This document shows positions 1 to 11,299 of a stretch of 64,000 nt of DNA, piece by piece. This DNA is from Macrostomum lignano. Taxonomy: Eukaryota. Positions within the stretch are counted from its first letter, which is position 1. The number at the start of each line of letters is the position of its first letter. The stretch covers positions 12,088 to 76,087 of the forward strand of contig NIVC01001802.1 of NCBI GenBank assembly GCA_002269645.1. Direction: 5' to 3'. The translations under genes were made by a program, and so were the position numbers. The notes under the pieces were generated by a model. That model did no database searches. It saw only the letters and a program-made list of their open reading frames with translations, and was not told the origin of the DNA.

Positions 1-93
1 CAAATTTTTTATCTCAATGTTCTAAACAGTAATTTGACGGGACAATAGCCTTAAGAGCTGCTTTGAAAATAAAAAATAAAATAAAAAACTAAC

Positions 94-380
94 TTATTAC
101 ACCCGCTTCGATGGGCAAATGCGGAACTGACAGCTCAGCCGCAGCTATTGCGCGGCGCATCTGAAGGCTGCGTACGGCTGTTCAGTCCAAGGACTGGGGG
201 GTCGCCACACACACCCTCAATTACCCCAGCAATGCCATGGCACCCATTTTACAGCTGGGTGAACTGAAGCAATGCAAAGTTAAGTGTCTTGCTCAAGGAC
301 ATAAAAATGTTTTAAATGGGTCTAGATTCGAACCCCTGACATTCCGGTCGTGAGTCAGATGCTCTAACCACCAGGCTATA
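94..380 (-). mobile_element. tRNA-derived CORE-type SINE, family A, copy 1
   Basis: The minus strand starts with a tRNA-like head (A box tggtggttagagc, B box ggttcgaatc), followed by ccttgagcaagacacttaac...cagttcacccagctgtaaaatggg, which resembles the MIR/CORE domain. A second copy lies at 32281-32553. Confidence 0.8.
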
Positions 381-944
381 ATCCTCTAAGATTGAATTTG
401 CCTAAAGCCTAAAATACTACTTAAACGGGCTTCCTTGCTTCAGGGGGAGCGGCCGCAACCCAAATGAGTTTCCATGCTTCAGGGTCTAGATGGAAAACTC
501 TTTTAAAGAACAAAAGATCGTTCGCTTTTTCATGTTTTTTAGCATTATTCTGCCGCAAATTTCCAGTGCAAGAAGTATTGTTTGAGTGCAAACTTGCTTT
601 AGTGCAAAAGGACAACTTAAAACATGACAGTTAAGGAAAAACTTGGTACAGTTGCAGCGTGAGGACAAACAGCAGAAAGCTATCAGCTATCTTGTTTGAT
701 TCAGGCAAACCAAAAAAACCTTGTTTGCGACTGAAAAGTCTGGAAAATTATTTAAATGGCAAGGAATCGACGAGCAGCTCGATATACGAGTAAAAAGCCA
801 GGAATGCTGCTGACACTGCAGAAATTGCCATTGAATCCTAGATGTGCACAACCCTCCACCATACTGGTCCTTTGAGTTTATTCTCGTTCAATAAGATTTG
901 AAGTCAGAGAACCCTATGATCAGCAATTGAACCCAATACAAAAC

Positions 945-3900
945 TCAGGTCAGCATGAGAATCTCCAGCTGCTTGAAGCTGTAGTACCATCCGTCAGTGA
1001 TGTTTGTTGGAGCATTTGAAGCCCAAACGATGCCCTTGGCTCGGTCTGCAGCTGACACATTCAGGGCTGTCGGGTAGTTGAAGTACCTGCCGAACGGACC
1101 GGAGTTGTGGCAGCATTTGTGCCACTGAGGCTGGTACCTTTGGGCACAGTTCTGTCCATTAATGCAGGTACTCAAGCCACGATCTCGAGTCTGAAACTGG
1201 ATGTTCTTGCCACCGAACAAGTTCTGGTGAAGACCTCCAGCAGGCTCAAACGTGAATTCAGACACCGTGTAGTTGGTGCTCTCGGCCAGAATGAGCACGT
1301 TCAGGTAGTAGGCGTAGATGTAGGTGTCGTTCCAGTACAGCAGGTCGACGCGGAACCGGTTGATGCTGGGCTGAGCGCTGGTCCGGGCGTGCAGCCACTC
1401 GAGGCCTGTTTGTGAGAAAATTTTACATGGCTTACTTTAGAATTTCCCATTAGAATTAATAAGCAACACTTGTTTGTCCCCATTTATCTTTTACTTTACA
1501 AAGCTTTTACACAGCTACTTGAGCTGCACAAGGCAAACACATTTGGTCTTTGACAAACGAGAATATTTCATGTTATCGCTTGCCTCATCTTCATCAGATA
1601 AGTAGAGCTTTTAATATTCCAATATCCTATTTTAATATGGGCAGTGTTGGGCACCAGTCCGTTAATAAGCGTTAATCCGTTAGTAAGCGTTAATAAGCGT
1701 TAAGATTTTTCATTAACGTTAACGGACTGTCGTTAAGATTTTTTTGAACTAACGGATTAACGAATTTGCGTTAAAAAATTGTGAATTAACGATAAATTCA
1801 TCGTTAACGGTAGTGTCTATGTCAATGACCAAAGACGCAAAGAAGGAACGAAAAATAGAAGTCTTACAAGAAGTTTAAACATTACGAACGTATTTGAGCT
1901 TACCTATATGCCTAAATATAATCTCTTTATCTATGACGATGATCATACAGACGTACATGTAATTAACAACTTCTTACAAATAAACTTTAAAATAATGAAT
2001 TAAAATAGTGTGAAACTTTATTTCTTGCGCGTGAGCATCGATCGCTTTGATTCACTTCTGTCCCAATCTTTCGCAACTTTCTGCTGCGCCTGCTAATGGT
2101 ACTGAAACAACCTTCGATGCGTATTTAATTATGAATTTCTCGTTATTAGCTTTTAAGTTTCAAATAAAATAAGTTACTTTTTTACCATATGCTTTACTTT
2201 TAGTAGTATTATGCATGCAAGTTTTTAAAATGATTATTTATTACTTTTTTAGCTTTCAAATCGCTTAGATGACCTCCGTGTTTCGCTAAAAAGATGGAAT
2301 AGCAAAGACGTGCAATACGAAGTCTGTTTTGGAAAAAACGTGCAAGATTTCCGTATTTTCTGTGTTAACTTTAACGGATTAACGATTATCAGTTAACTTT
2401 TAGTTAACTTAACGAAATTAGGAGTTAAAAAGTTAAGATTTTTTTGTTTTAACGCTAACGCTTTTGCTATTAACGGAAGTTAATATTTTCATTAACGGTG
2501 CCCAACACTGAATATTGGAAGAGAAATCTAAAAGTTTTGAACATGCAGAATACTTTTAGAGTAGCTTTGAGTGCTGAAGTAGAATATGTAATAGTTGCTA
2601 AAAAATTCAAAGTTTCTTATAAATTAGATAAATTCAATTTTCAAAAAAACGTTTTTTCAAGTACATATCATATTTCTGAATTCCGAAAGTATTCAAAATT
2701 ACCAATGATCTCAATAAGTTAAAAAATAAATAATACTTACTTTCTACTATGAAAAACACAGTGCGCATACGACCAGAAACTCAAGTAAAAGAGCCCCAAG
2801 TGACTCACCAGTAAAGTAGTTGCCGTGATAAGTGCCGAAGCCGGTCTTTTACTCGGCCCAGAGCCGGTCGAAGCTCAGCGCGTCCGACACTCGCAGGTTG
2901 ACGGTCTGGAAGCACTGCTGAGTGCCCACAGTGTAGAACTCCTGCGTTTGCGGTTTCGTGAAATCTTTAAAGTTTTCTTATGATAGAAATCAATGTGGAC
3001 TGTCAGAGATGTTAGCTGTTGATCCAGAAAGCAATCAAAATACTTTTACAGCCTTGTTTAAATTAAACTCATGCAACAAAAGCATTTATAACTGCTAGCA
3101 ACTTTAAAATAACTATTGGCATAAGACTTATGGAATCCTTGAACAAACACTTTCGGTGGCATCGGACGTCCAGCAGCGTTGAGGCAGCTACATGTATGAC
3201 TCAAGGACGACTCAAGTAAAAGCACGGGAAACCTCGATTCCTGAAAAATTTTTGAAAGCAGGTTTTTCCGAAAAAATGTTTTCGTTTTTGTTAGGAGGCA
3301 GATCCAGTGTTCCTCTTTTGATATTTTGTGTCTTTCTTGTTGCTCTATCGATATTCTGTAGCTTTTCGTTAAGAAAATTAGGATTCTATGCTCTTTTCTT
3401 ATTCTATGTGCATTTCCTGTACCTAAAAATCATAAAAATGCTTGGCACAGCTCCAATTTTTGGTTTTCTGAATCGATTTTATAATCTCTGTTAAGCATAC
3501 TCCGTATTTAAACAGTCAGCTAAGAATAACAAAATACACTAATAAAACCAAAGAGCAGAGCTGTGCCATTTTAATGGTTTTTAGGCACAAGACACGTGCA
3601 AATTTACGTGGAATTAAAAAGAGCATAGAATACTATTTGTCTGAACGAAAAGCTTTATGAATATCGATAGAGCAATAAGAAAGCAATAACAACATATCAA
3701 AATATGAACACTGGATCTGCCTCCTATTAAAAGCAATAATAATTTTTTTGCTAAGAAATGAAAAGTTTCTATCTCCGCAGTGTATTTTTTGGAAAAACCG
3801 GCCTTCAAAATTTTTCCAAGAAACGAAGTTTCCCGTCCTACTTAAGTCGTCCTTGGTATGACAGTTACACTGCTGACTCCTAAGCTCATAGGCTCGTACA

Positions 3901-5609
3901 TTTATTTAAACTGAGAGATGCTGTACGCAGGAACGCCACTCAAACACGCGTGCACACAGGATGAAATTCTAACTGTCACGCATGTGTCTGTGAAGTGTCG
4001 GCACGCATGTGTCTGTGAAGTGTCGGCACGCATGTGTCTGTGAAGTGTCGGCACGCATGTGTCTGTGAAGTGTCGGCCGGCATGTGTCTGTGAAGTGTCG
4101 GCACGCATGTGTCTGTGAAGTGTCGGCACGCATGTGTCTGTGAAGTGTCGGCCGGCATGTGTCTGTGAAGTGTCGGCACGCATGTGTCTGTGAAGTGTCG
4201 GCACGCATGTGTCTGTGAAGTGTCGGCACGCATGTGTCTGTGAAGTGTCGGCACGCATGTGTCTGTGAAGTGTCGGCACGCATGTGTCTGTGAAGTGTCG
4301 GCCGGCATGTGTCTGTGAAGTGTCGGCACGCATGTGTCTGTGAAGTGTCGGCCGGCATGTGTCTGTGAAGTGTCGGCACGCATGGGTCTGTGAAGTGTCG
4401 GCCGGCATGTGTCTGTGAAGTGTCGGCACGCATGTGTCTGTGAAGTGTCGGCCGGCATGTGTGGAAATCAGAGAAAAGACCCCTCAGCTAATTTCTCAGA
4501 ACAAGGCCAAATTAATGCGGCCGCACACAGAATCGAACCAAGGCCCAAGGGTCGTGGCGCGCGAGCCGCTGAGCTGCTCAGAGAAACTGCTCGCTGGCAC
4601 AGAAACCGAACCCGGAACATCCGGAACTCGATCGTCATTAATGCAGACATGCTTTACTCAGCAGTGACGTGACACCAAAAAGCTTCCTTTCCCAACACTC
4701 ACATAGACGGCCAGCTCAGAGCTGTTCGGAGGCTGCTCGAACCAGCGGCACAGCGGGTAGTCGATGAGCAGAGAGCAGTTGCTGGAGTTGAATACAATCC
4801 CGCGACAGTCCGGCACCTCGCTGCACTTGTCAACGCAGCCAACGAGCGATGAGACAGCCGACTGGTGCTGAAGAAAGGCGGCGATAATCTTCACCGAGTT
4901 GCTGGGAATATGGACCCGCTTGTGCGTCACGTTCCGGTCCACCAGGTACGCTGTGAAATATGTATTTTGGGGATGGATTTGATGGGCAATAAGGTGAGAA
5001 AAGCTAGCGTCAGCGTTGAAACTGGCTGGATTGCATCAACCTTTCCATGCTTATGCTAGAACCCATCGCTTAAACAGACCACAGGTGTAAGACTAGGTTT
5101 TCATCGAAAAACTCACCAAGTAGGCGTGCGGCGTCGGTGCCTCTGAGCAGCTGCTGCTCAAAGTCGCCAGCCTTCCAGATCTGCACACCGTCCTCAGGCC
5201 GAATCTCCCTGGCAACAAAGCTGCTGCTGCTCAAGCCCGGCTCGCTCGCATTGTAGATGACGAGCACCTGGCATTCGAGGATCGCGGCTTTTTTGACGAC
5301 TGCGACAGCGCAGGACGTTGCCCAGCACTTCCACAGGCAGAGAACATCTGATCGAACACCCGTATCGTTGAGCAGCTCGCTGCTCACGTAGCTTCCGATG
5401 CCGATGAAGCCGCTGGTCACCCGATCGTAGAGACCTCCGGTGAGGGCGCTGAGGTCTGCGGCGGAGACCACAGCTGAAAGGGGTGTGAGTGAGCAGTGAG
5501 TGAGTAGAGTCTCTCCGTCAAGGTGGCACCATTTTCATGCAGACTCACCCGTGAGCAGCTGGCACAGAAGCAGCTGCAGCGGCTCGGACCGCTTGGCTGT
5601 CAGCTTCAT
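945..5609 (-). CDS. Secreted protein: signal peptide, two PAN/apple-like Cys modules and a divergent fibrinogen C-terminal domain (FReD), ~419 aa
   Basis: Exons complement(5549..5609, 5117..5473, 4703..4950, 2809..2941, 945..1405) total 1260 nt with GT-AG junctions and consistent phases. Signal-like MKLTAKRSEPLQLLLCQLLTAVVSA. PAN-like SDVLCLWKCWATSC and SSLVGCVDKCSEVPDCRGIVFNSSNCSLL. FReD motifs SFDRLWAEYKTGFG, GLEWLH, FRVDL, FQTRDR, GIVW, YSFKQLEIL. Confidence 0.8.
1642..2510. mobile_element. hAT-type MITE in intron 4 of the minus-strand FReD gene
   Basis: 14-bp TIR cagtgttgggcacc / ggtgcccaacactg, 8-bp TSD aatatggg / aatattgg (7/8 match), and many subterminal ttaacg/cgttaa repeats. Confidence 0.8.
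3195..3865. mobile_element. Foldback/MITE-like element with long imperfect inverted repeats
   Basis: ~3195-3400 and ~3620-3865 are diverged reverse complements (caaggacgactcaagta / tacttaagtcgtccttgg; ggaggcagatccagtgtt / acactggatctgcctcc). The track ORFs 3192+ and 3614- translate to similar peptides. I found no TSD. Confidence 0.6.
3981..4462. repeat. 25-bp minisatellite (catgtgtctgtgaagtgtcggcacg), ~19 copies
   Basis: Direct tandem array in intron 3 of the minus-strand FReD gene, with two interspersed variants (gcacg / gccgg). Confidence 0.95.
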
Positions 5610-7992
5610 CGCAGGCAGCTGAGTTGCTGGGCAGATTTTACAGTCAGCGATCGGCTCTGCTGATGCGAGATGATCCGCGATGGAGCTCAGCTCCTGATGG
5701 GGCTCCTGAAATATGGGATTCTGCTGATATCTAATATATGATAGCTGATAAATACAAGCTGGTTGCCAAGCGCCTGACAAACCGCCCCTCGCCTCTCTTT
5801 CCCGGCGGCCCCGCAGTGCCCAGTTATGGAGCACAATGGCCCAATCAGGGAGCTAGGTACCGAGCCACTGTGCGCTCATGCCGAGTCCCTTTGCTATGCA
5901 GACAGTTGGCCACCCAGTGGTCGCTCCCCATCTCCCTCCCCACCTCCCACTTTCCCTGTCTCTCTTGCCCGCATCAAATGACCCGCTAGCAACAGCATGG
6001 CAACCAGCAGCAGTCCCCGAGCCAGAGAAGCGCTGCCCCATCACATTAATAATGCACCCACCTGGCCTTCTGCTCACTGAACGAGAATTCTGCATTCAAT
6101 TAATGATGGAGCCCCGACCAGGTGCTGCTGGGAGGCGGGTCCGGAATCCATAAAAATTTGCAAACCCCTGCCCGCATTGAACGGCAGCAAAAGTGGATTA
6201 AAAAACTGATGCGAGCTTTGTGAAGATGAGCTCTGTTGACTTTGACTGCCGTCATTTGCCTGTGCGGCTCTGCCAAGTATTGACAGCGCGCTCACATTTA
6301 CGGAGGGCTGGGCACGCCTGTGTAGCATGGGACAGACCAGGCTTACAACCCCTCTGTTCCGGTGCAGGAATTGCAGGAGAAATTACTCCAAGCTTACTCA
6401 GGGACTCACAAGTCGACCCGGGGGTTCCCGTCACGCATGTGTTCAGGGCAGCTCTAGGACTGCTGGACTGATTGGGCTCTGGTGGCGGAAATCCATCCAT
6501 TAGCCTTGGCTTCTGTCTTGTCCGTATTGGGTTCGGCTTCTACCTGTAAGTGAACCTGTGCGTATCTCTGGCCACGGCTTTGAGGAACAGATTTTGCCCT
6601 CTGACTTCTTAACATGATATGCGGCCAATCCGCAGGCTCCAGAGACAGCCTCCTTGTCTCTCTTAAAGGCCCAGTGCAGCACCACAATGATGGATCTTTG
6701 GCTTTTGGCCAGGGAGTTTCTCTGTTGCTGGCGGTCGGGCTGGCAAAGGCTTGGGCCACCCCCGGTCGCTATCTTTTGGCTGCTGTTGGGTTTGGGAATA
6801 TGGCCCAGCAGCTTCTCACCTTAGTCCCCATTTGCTTTGCAGCGACAAATGGAGTAACAATGTATAAACGCCGCTTCCCTTGATGTTGCTGGAACCCCCA
6901 CCGAGGATGGTACCGCGGCTCAACCGGACATTTGTAGCACCGGAACATCCGTCTCTTCTCACGCCAACAACCTTGTCGGACAACACGGTAGCGGGCGCTA
7001 CATCTCTAAAAAGAGGCTCATAGCATCGCCCGCTTCTAGGATTTCCGCCGGCGCAAAGCCGAAGCCTACATGCGAAAGGGGGGCTCCGCGCGTCAGCTGG
7101 ATCCTCCCTCGGCGGGACCTCTGATCGTGAGGAAACTTTGGAGAGATCCAAAGCAAAAGCTTTTGGCCAAACCCATTAAGCCGAATAACCCACAAACCCA
7201 CCTTAGAAGAGGACGAGCGTCGAAGACCAGGCAGTTCACATCCAACCTGCCGACCGCCAGTCTGGGCGGTAGCTTCTCGAGATACTGTTCAAAGCTTTCG
7301 AATGTTGTGCGGAGTTGAGCGACCCCAGACACATCGGCACCGTGCTTTGATTCCGGCTCGCAGCACCATTAACAACGCCGACGAACTAGTGTTGCCAACT
7401 AATCTGGAACTACCAGCAAATTGCGTCGTGGTCCCATGAGAACCGGAGAAGCGGAAACGGGCGAGTGGGAGATCTGCCGAGCCGAAACGCCGAATAAAAA
7501 GGAACCCCTGCGCGTCGCGATCCCTCTGAGGACCCGTCAGGCGCAAAGCCGCGAAATCTGCAGCAGCAGGCGGACGTGGGAACGGTCAAAAACCCGCCCG
7601 GATGTTTTCTAAGCGTGGCTGTTTGCGGTCTGCACGAACGGAAGCAGAAAATACAGCACATGTACCAGGGCATGCTACGAGTACTATATGGTCAACGTAC
7701 AAGCGATACGGCAATCAGATTCTGGCCAGCAGTTAAAACTAGACCGGTTCAGCTGGCCTAGGAATTGATGTTCAAGCATACTGCAAGCACGCCTAATGCC
7801 AGGCGGCTATCAGAACTGCACAGAAAAATTGTGCAGGCAAACCCAAGCAAGATGCGATCGATATGCTTGGCTGCGGCAAAGCGAATATAACGCCATCAGA
7901 GGTGGAAGGTATAGCTATAAAAGTAAAAGGTCGCCAAGAAACTTCGTCTGGGATATTTTTGCTTGCGCTTGAACGGCAATACTAAAACACAC

Positions 7993-10228
7993 ATGAGTTC
8001 CGCAGCCCAAGTGGCAGTGGCTGCACTGCTTCTAATTTTCTGCTCGCTGGTAGCTGCTCAGCTTCCTCAGAGAGCTTCAACTGCCTCATCCAAGCCGCGC
8101 TTTGTGACCCAGCTCAACGTGAGCGGCTGTCCGCTGGTTGTATACGACTCGGGAGAGCATGCACTGGAGATCGAGCCTATCATGTGCGTCACTGGTGCCA
8201 TCGAAAAGCAGCCTTTGAAACTCGATCTGATTTCGCAGATTTTGTACATCCGAGTCCCCATGCTTCTATGGGATGCCGACATGCTTGCCCAAGCTGGGCT
8301 GCAGCTGCGAAACGTTTCTCTAAAGCCCGTTCGCTTCGCTACTGTCACTAATATAGGAGCTGTGGCAACCAAGTCTAGCGTTATTGGGTTCGAGTGGAGT
8401 TCAAATCACTCGGCTGGTGTTCTGAAAATAGGAATAAATAACACAGAAGCGGCTCTGATGATGATGACGTGAGTGTATTTAGAGTCCTTTTTGGTAGAAA
8501 AATATTTTAGGCAATTTTTGACAAAACCAATATTAAACTAATCAATTTCTAGACGAGAAACGTCGCCTACCGACGCCTTAGACCAGGTGCAACTCAAGGT
8601 CACCATTTTATCAAATCGCAAATTTCGACAAGTCACTCTGCGCCCAGTGGCGCGAAACCGCGGATTCACGGAACTGTCTCTCTTAAGTGCCAGATACGAA
8701 TTGGAAACTTGCTCAGACATTAAATTTGTACTTTTAATGCACCACAGAAACCGTCAAGTTCGAGTATTTCAGCGACTCGATTCTAGGGGTGCCTATTATA
8801 TTGAGCCTCTACTCTGGAGCGTCGATAAGTCAACATACGGACCAGTTGAATATGACTACGGCAGAAACATGCACTACCTGAAGCTGGATCTCGTGCTGCA
8901 AGATGAGGCCACACTCGATGCCGTGAGGACACAGCTGGCCGAATTGTCGCCTCGCTCAGTCGAGTTTATGCGGCTGTGGGCTGTTGAGAGATCGGTGAGC
9001 TCTTTGTTGAGCTCTCGGTTCGAGGTCGGTCCGCTGATGGTGTCGGCAGACTGGAAGTTCGCTCAGCTGCGGCTGTACTGCAGGAGTATAAAACAGTGCA
9101 CCAATCTGAAGTAATTATTGCCTCTATAGTATTATGTCCGGATTTTTTAGTATTTTAAAACAAAAAACCATAAAACTACAACACATTTTAGGTCCAATGT
9201 AATGACAAAAGATCCATTTGCTTTTTGGTATCATATCAATTGGCATCCAACGTCAATTGTTAATTCGGATTGCCTCTTCAAGTCGGACTCGACCGTCTCC
9301 TCTGGGAAGACGGAAAGCTCCACCGACGCCATCAGTTGCAGCCGCTCCGCAAGCTGCGCCTATCTTCGCAGTCTTGCTCGGAGTGGAGACCTGAGTTTTG
9401 GCAAGCTAAAAAGGCTCGCAGATGGCAGATGGTTTTTCATTATACAGCAGAGAGTCTCGGCCGAGGAAAGTTTTCGGCGCACTCTGGCGTCGTACATCCG
9501 CGGATTCGGGAATGAAAACAACTTCTGGATCGGTACGATGTCTCAACATTAAAAAGTTTTTCTTTATTGTTTCTGTATGATAAAATCTGAGTTGCTTTTG
9601 AGAATCTTTTGTCAGACTTATCTTGGCTTAGCCGCGGCAAGAGTCCCAGGGGCTACCAGTGTAAAAATGAAACTACACGCGAAATTCAGCGTTCAAATAT
9701 TGTCAGTGCTTTCAATTCTTCTAAATACTATTAAACATTTCAAATCGCACCAGCCCATAAAAAGCAAATCAAATATTAACAAACGTGAATTCGCCCTTCA
9801 TTGACATTGCAGGTCTGAACAGAATTGCCTCGCTTACCGACGGCGGCGCCACCCTTCGAGTGGAGATGAAGCTGTGGAACGGCACCGAGTGGTACGCGGA
9901 GTACTCGAACTTTACAGTTGAAGGCGTCGGCTCCATGTATCGGATGACGTACCGTGAGATGCTGAGGGACAAGTCTAACGCCAAACACGATGCAATGCAG
10001 TACCACAAAGGCATGCAGTTTTCTACCATCAATGTGGACAATGACAGAGACCGTAGGAAGTCCTGCTCCAATGCATATGGCGGAGGTGGCTGGTGGTTCA
10101 ATAGCTGCTACCATTTCAATCCAAATGGGCTGTTCCCGACCAGCCCGACAATAAACCTGAAGTACATGCTGTGGCACTCTGACAGATGGATGTCCATTCG
10201 GCTTGTGCGGCTGATGGTGCAGTTATGA
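7993..10228 (+). CDS. Secreted FReD family paralogue A: signal peptide, duplicated unassigned module and fibrinogen C-terminal domain, 596 aa
   Basis: Exons 7993..8468, 8553..9110, 9192..9532, 9813..10228 total 1791 nt with GT-AG junctions (phases 2, 2, 1). Signal-like MSSAAQVAVAALLLIFCSLVAA. FReD motifs IIQQRVS, SFRRTLASYIRGFG, NFWIGL, LRVEM, HKGMQFST, DNDRD, GGGGWWFNSC, NPNG. Confidence 0.85.
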
Positions 10229-11299
10229 TCTGATGCTTAACACGACACGAACAAGTTCAAATCGGGACATGTCGATATGATTAAACTTCCGCGCAAACTT
10301 GACGCAATAAAATAAAGGAAGCGATTGTTTAATCGCTGTTCTCAGATTTACCGTTTTCAAAACAGAACTGCAATATTAAGATTAAGCTGTTTCCTGTTTT
10401 TCACTTACATTAAAAAGTTTATTTGTATCTTTGTTTAGGTTTTCAACGCAAGGATGCGTTAAACCAGGGGGTGGCAAAAATTTTTATCTCAAGGGCCAGA
10501 TAAAAATCCAGCTCATTGCTGCGCACGAGATGAGCGAGAAAAGAGAAGAGAATGGGGAAAGTGAAGAAGAAAGAGATGACATATGACAGAAGAGAGAGGA
10601 GTGGGGAGAAAAGACACAAATAAGAGGGCCGGATTGCTATCGTGAACTTTCAAAAAACCCCTGTGTTGAACAAACAGCTTTATAAAACTTGCAATTTTGA
10701 TTAGAAGGTCATCAAGTCCAGAAAAATGCGTTTGTACATGTATATGAAGTAGTTTTGGAAATCGATGATTCCCACTTCGAGCGGAAAACTGGCTTCAAGC
10801 CCACAAATAGCCGGTGCAGATGCTTTCTGCAACTTGCAAGAGAAGCACGCGAGTAAACATCAGATACGGTGAGGAAGCCGCTACAGCTTTAGACGCTAAA
10901 TTTGAAACGAACGAAGCTTTGCACCAAAATGAACTTGCGAATTGGAAAACATCATGTGACTCTAAGACGCACGTGCGCAACAAGCAGTGACAGACAAGGC
11001 AAGTCACAAATAACCAATTCACCTAAGCAAACGGCTGAAAATATCAAATTTCAGTCCATTTTTTTGTATATTTGCCCTTAAATTTTACTCGTGAAAGTAG
11101 GTGTATCAGGCAATTACGAAAACAGCAAAACTTATTTGACTAAGACTTGACAACACAATCTTGATCTGGCATTCGCTGGTATATAATTAGCACTATAAAT
11201 TAAAAAATTTCAACGGCAAGATATTATTTATTAGTAAATTTAGAAGACAACTATATTGTTCGAATAGCAGGCACAGAAACCTTGAGGAAAGGCACTTCA

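Noticed and set aside
6614-6883. AVGFGNMAQQLL, resembling a Rossmann GxGxMA motif (P5C reductase-like)
   Set aside because: The match is short, in an 89-aa ORF, with no further similarity and no splice structure; probably chance.
10466-10640. cagggggtggcaaa start resembling a hAT MITE end
   Set aside because: I found no matching opposite TIR or TSD.
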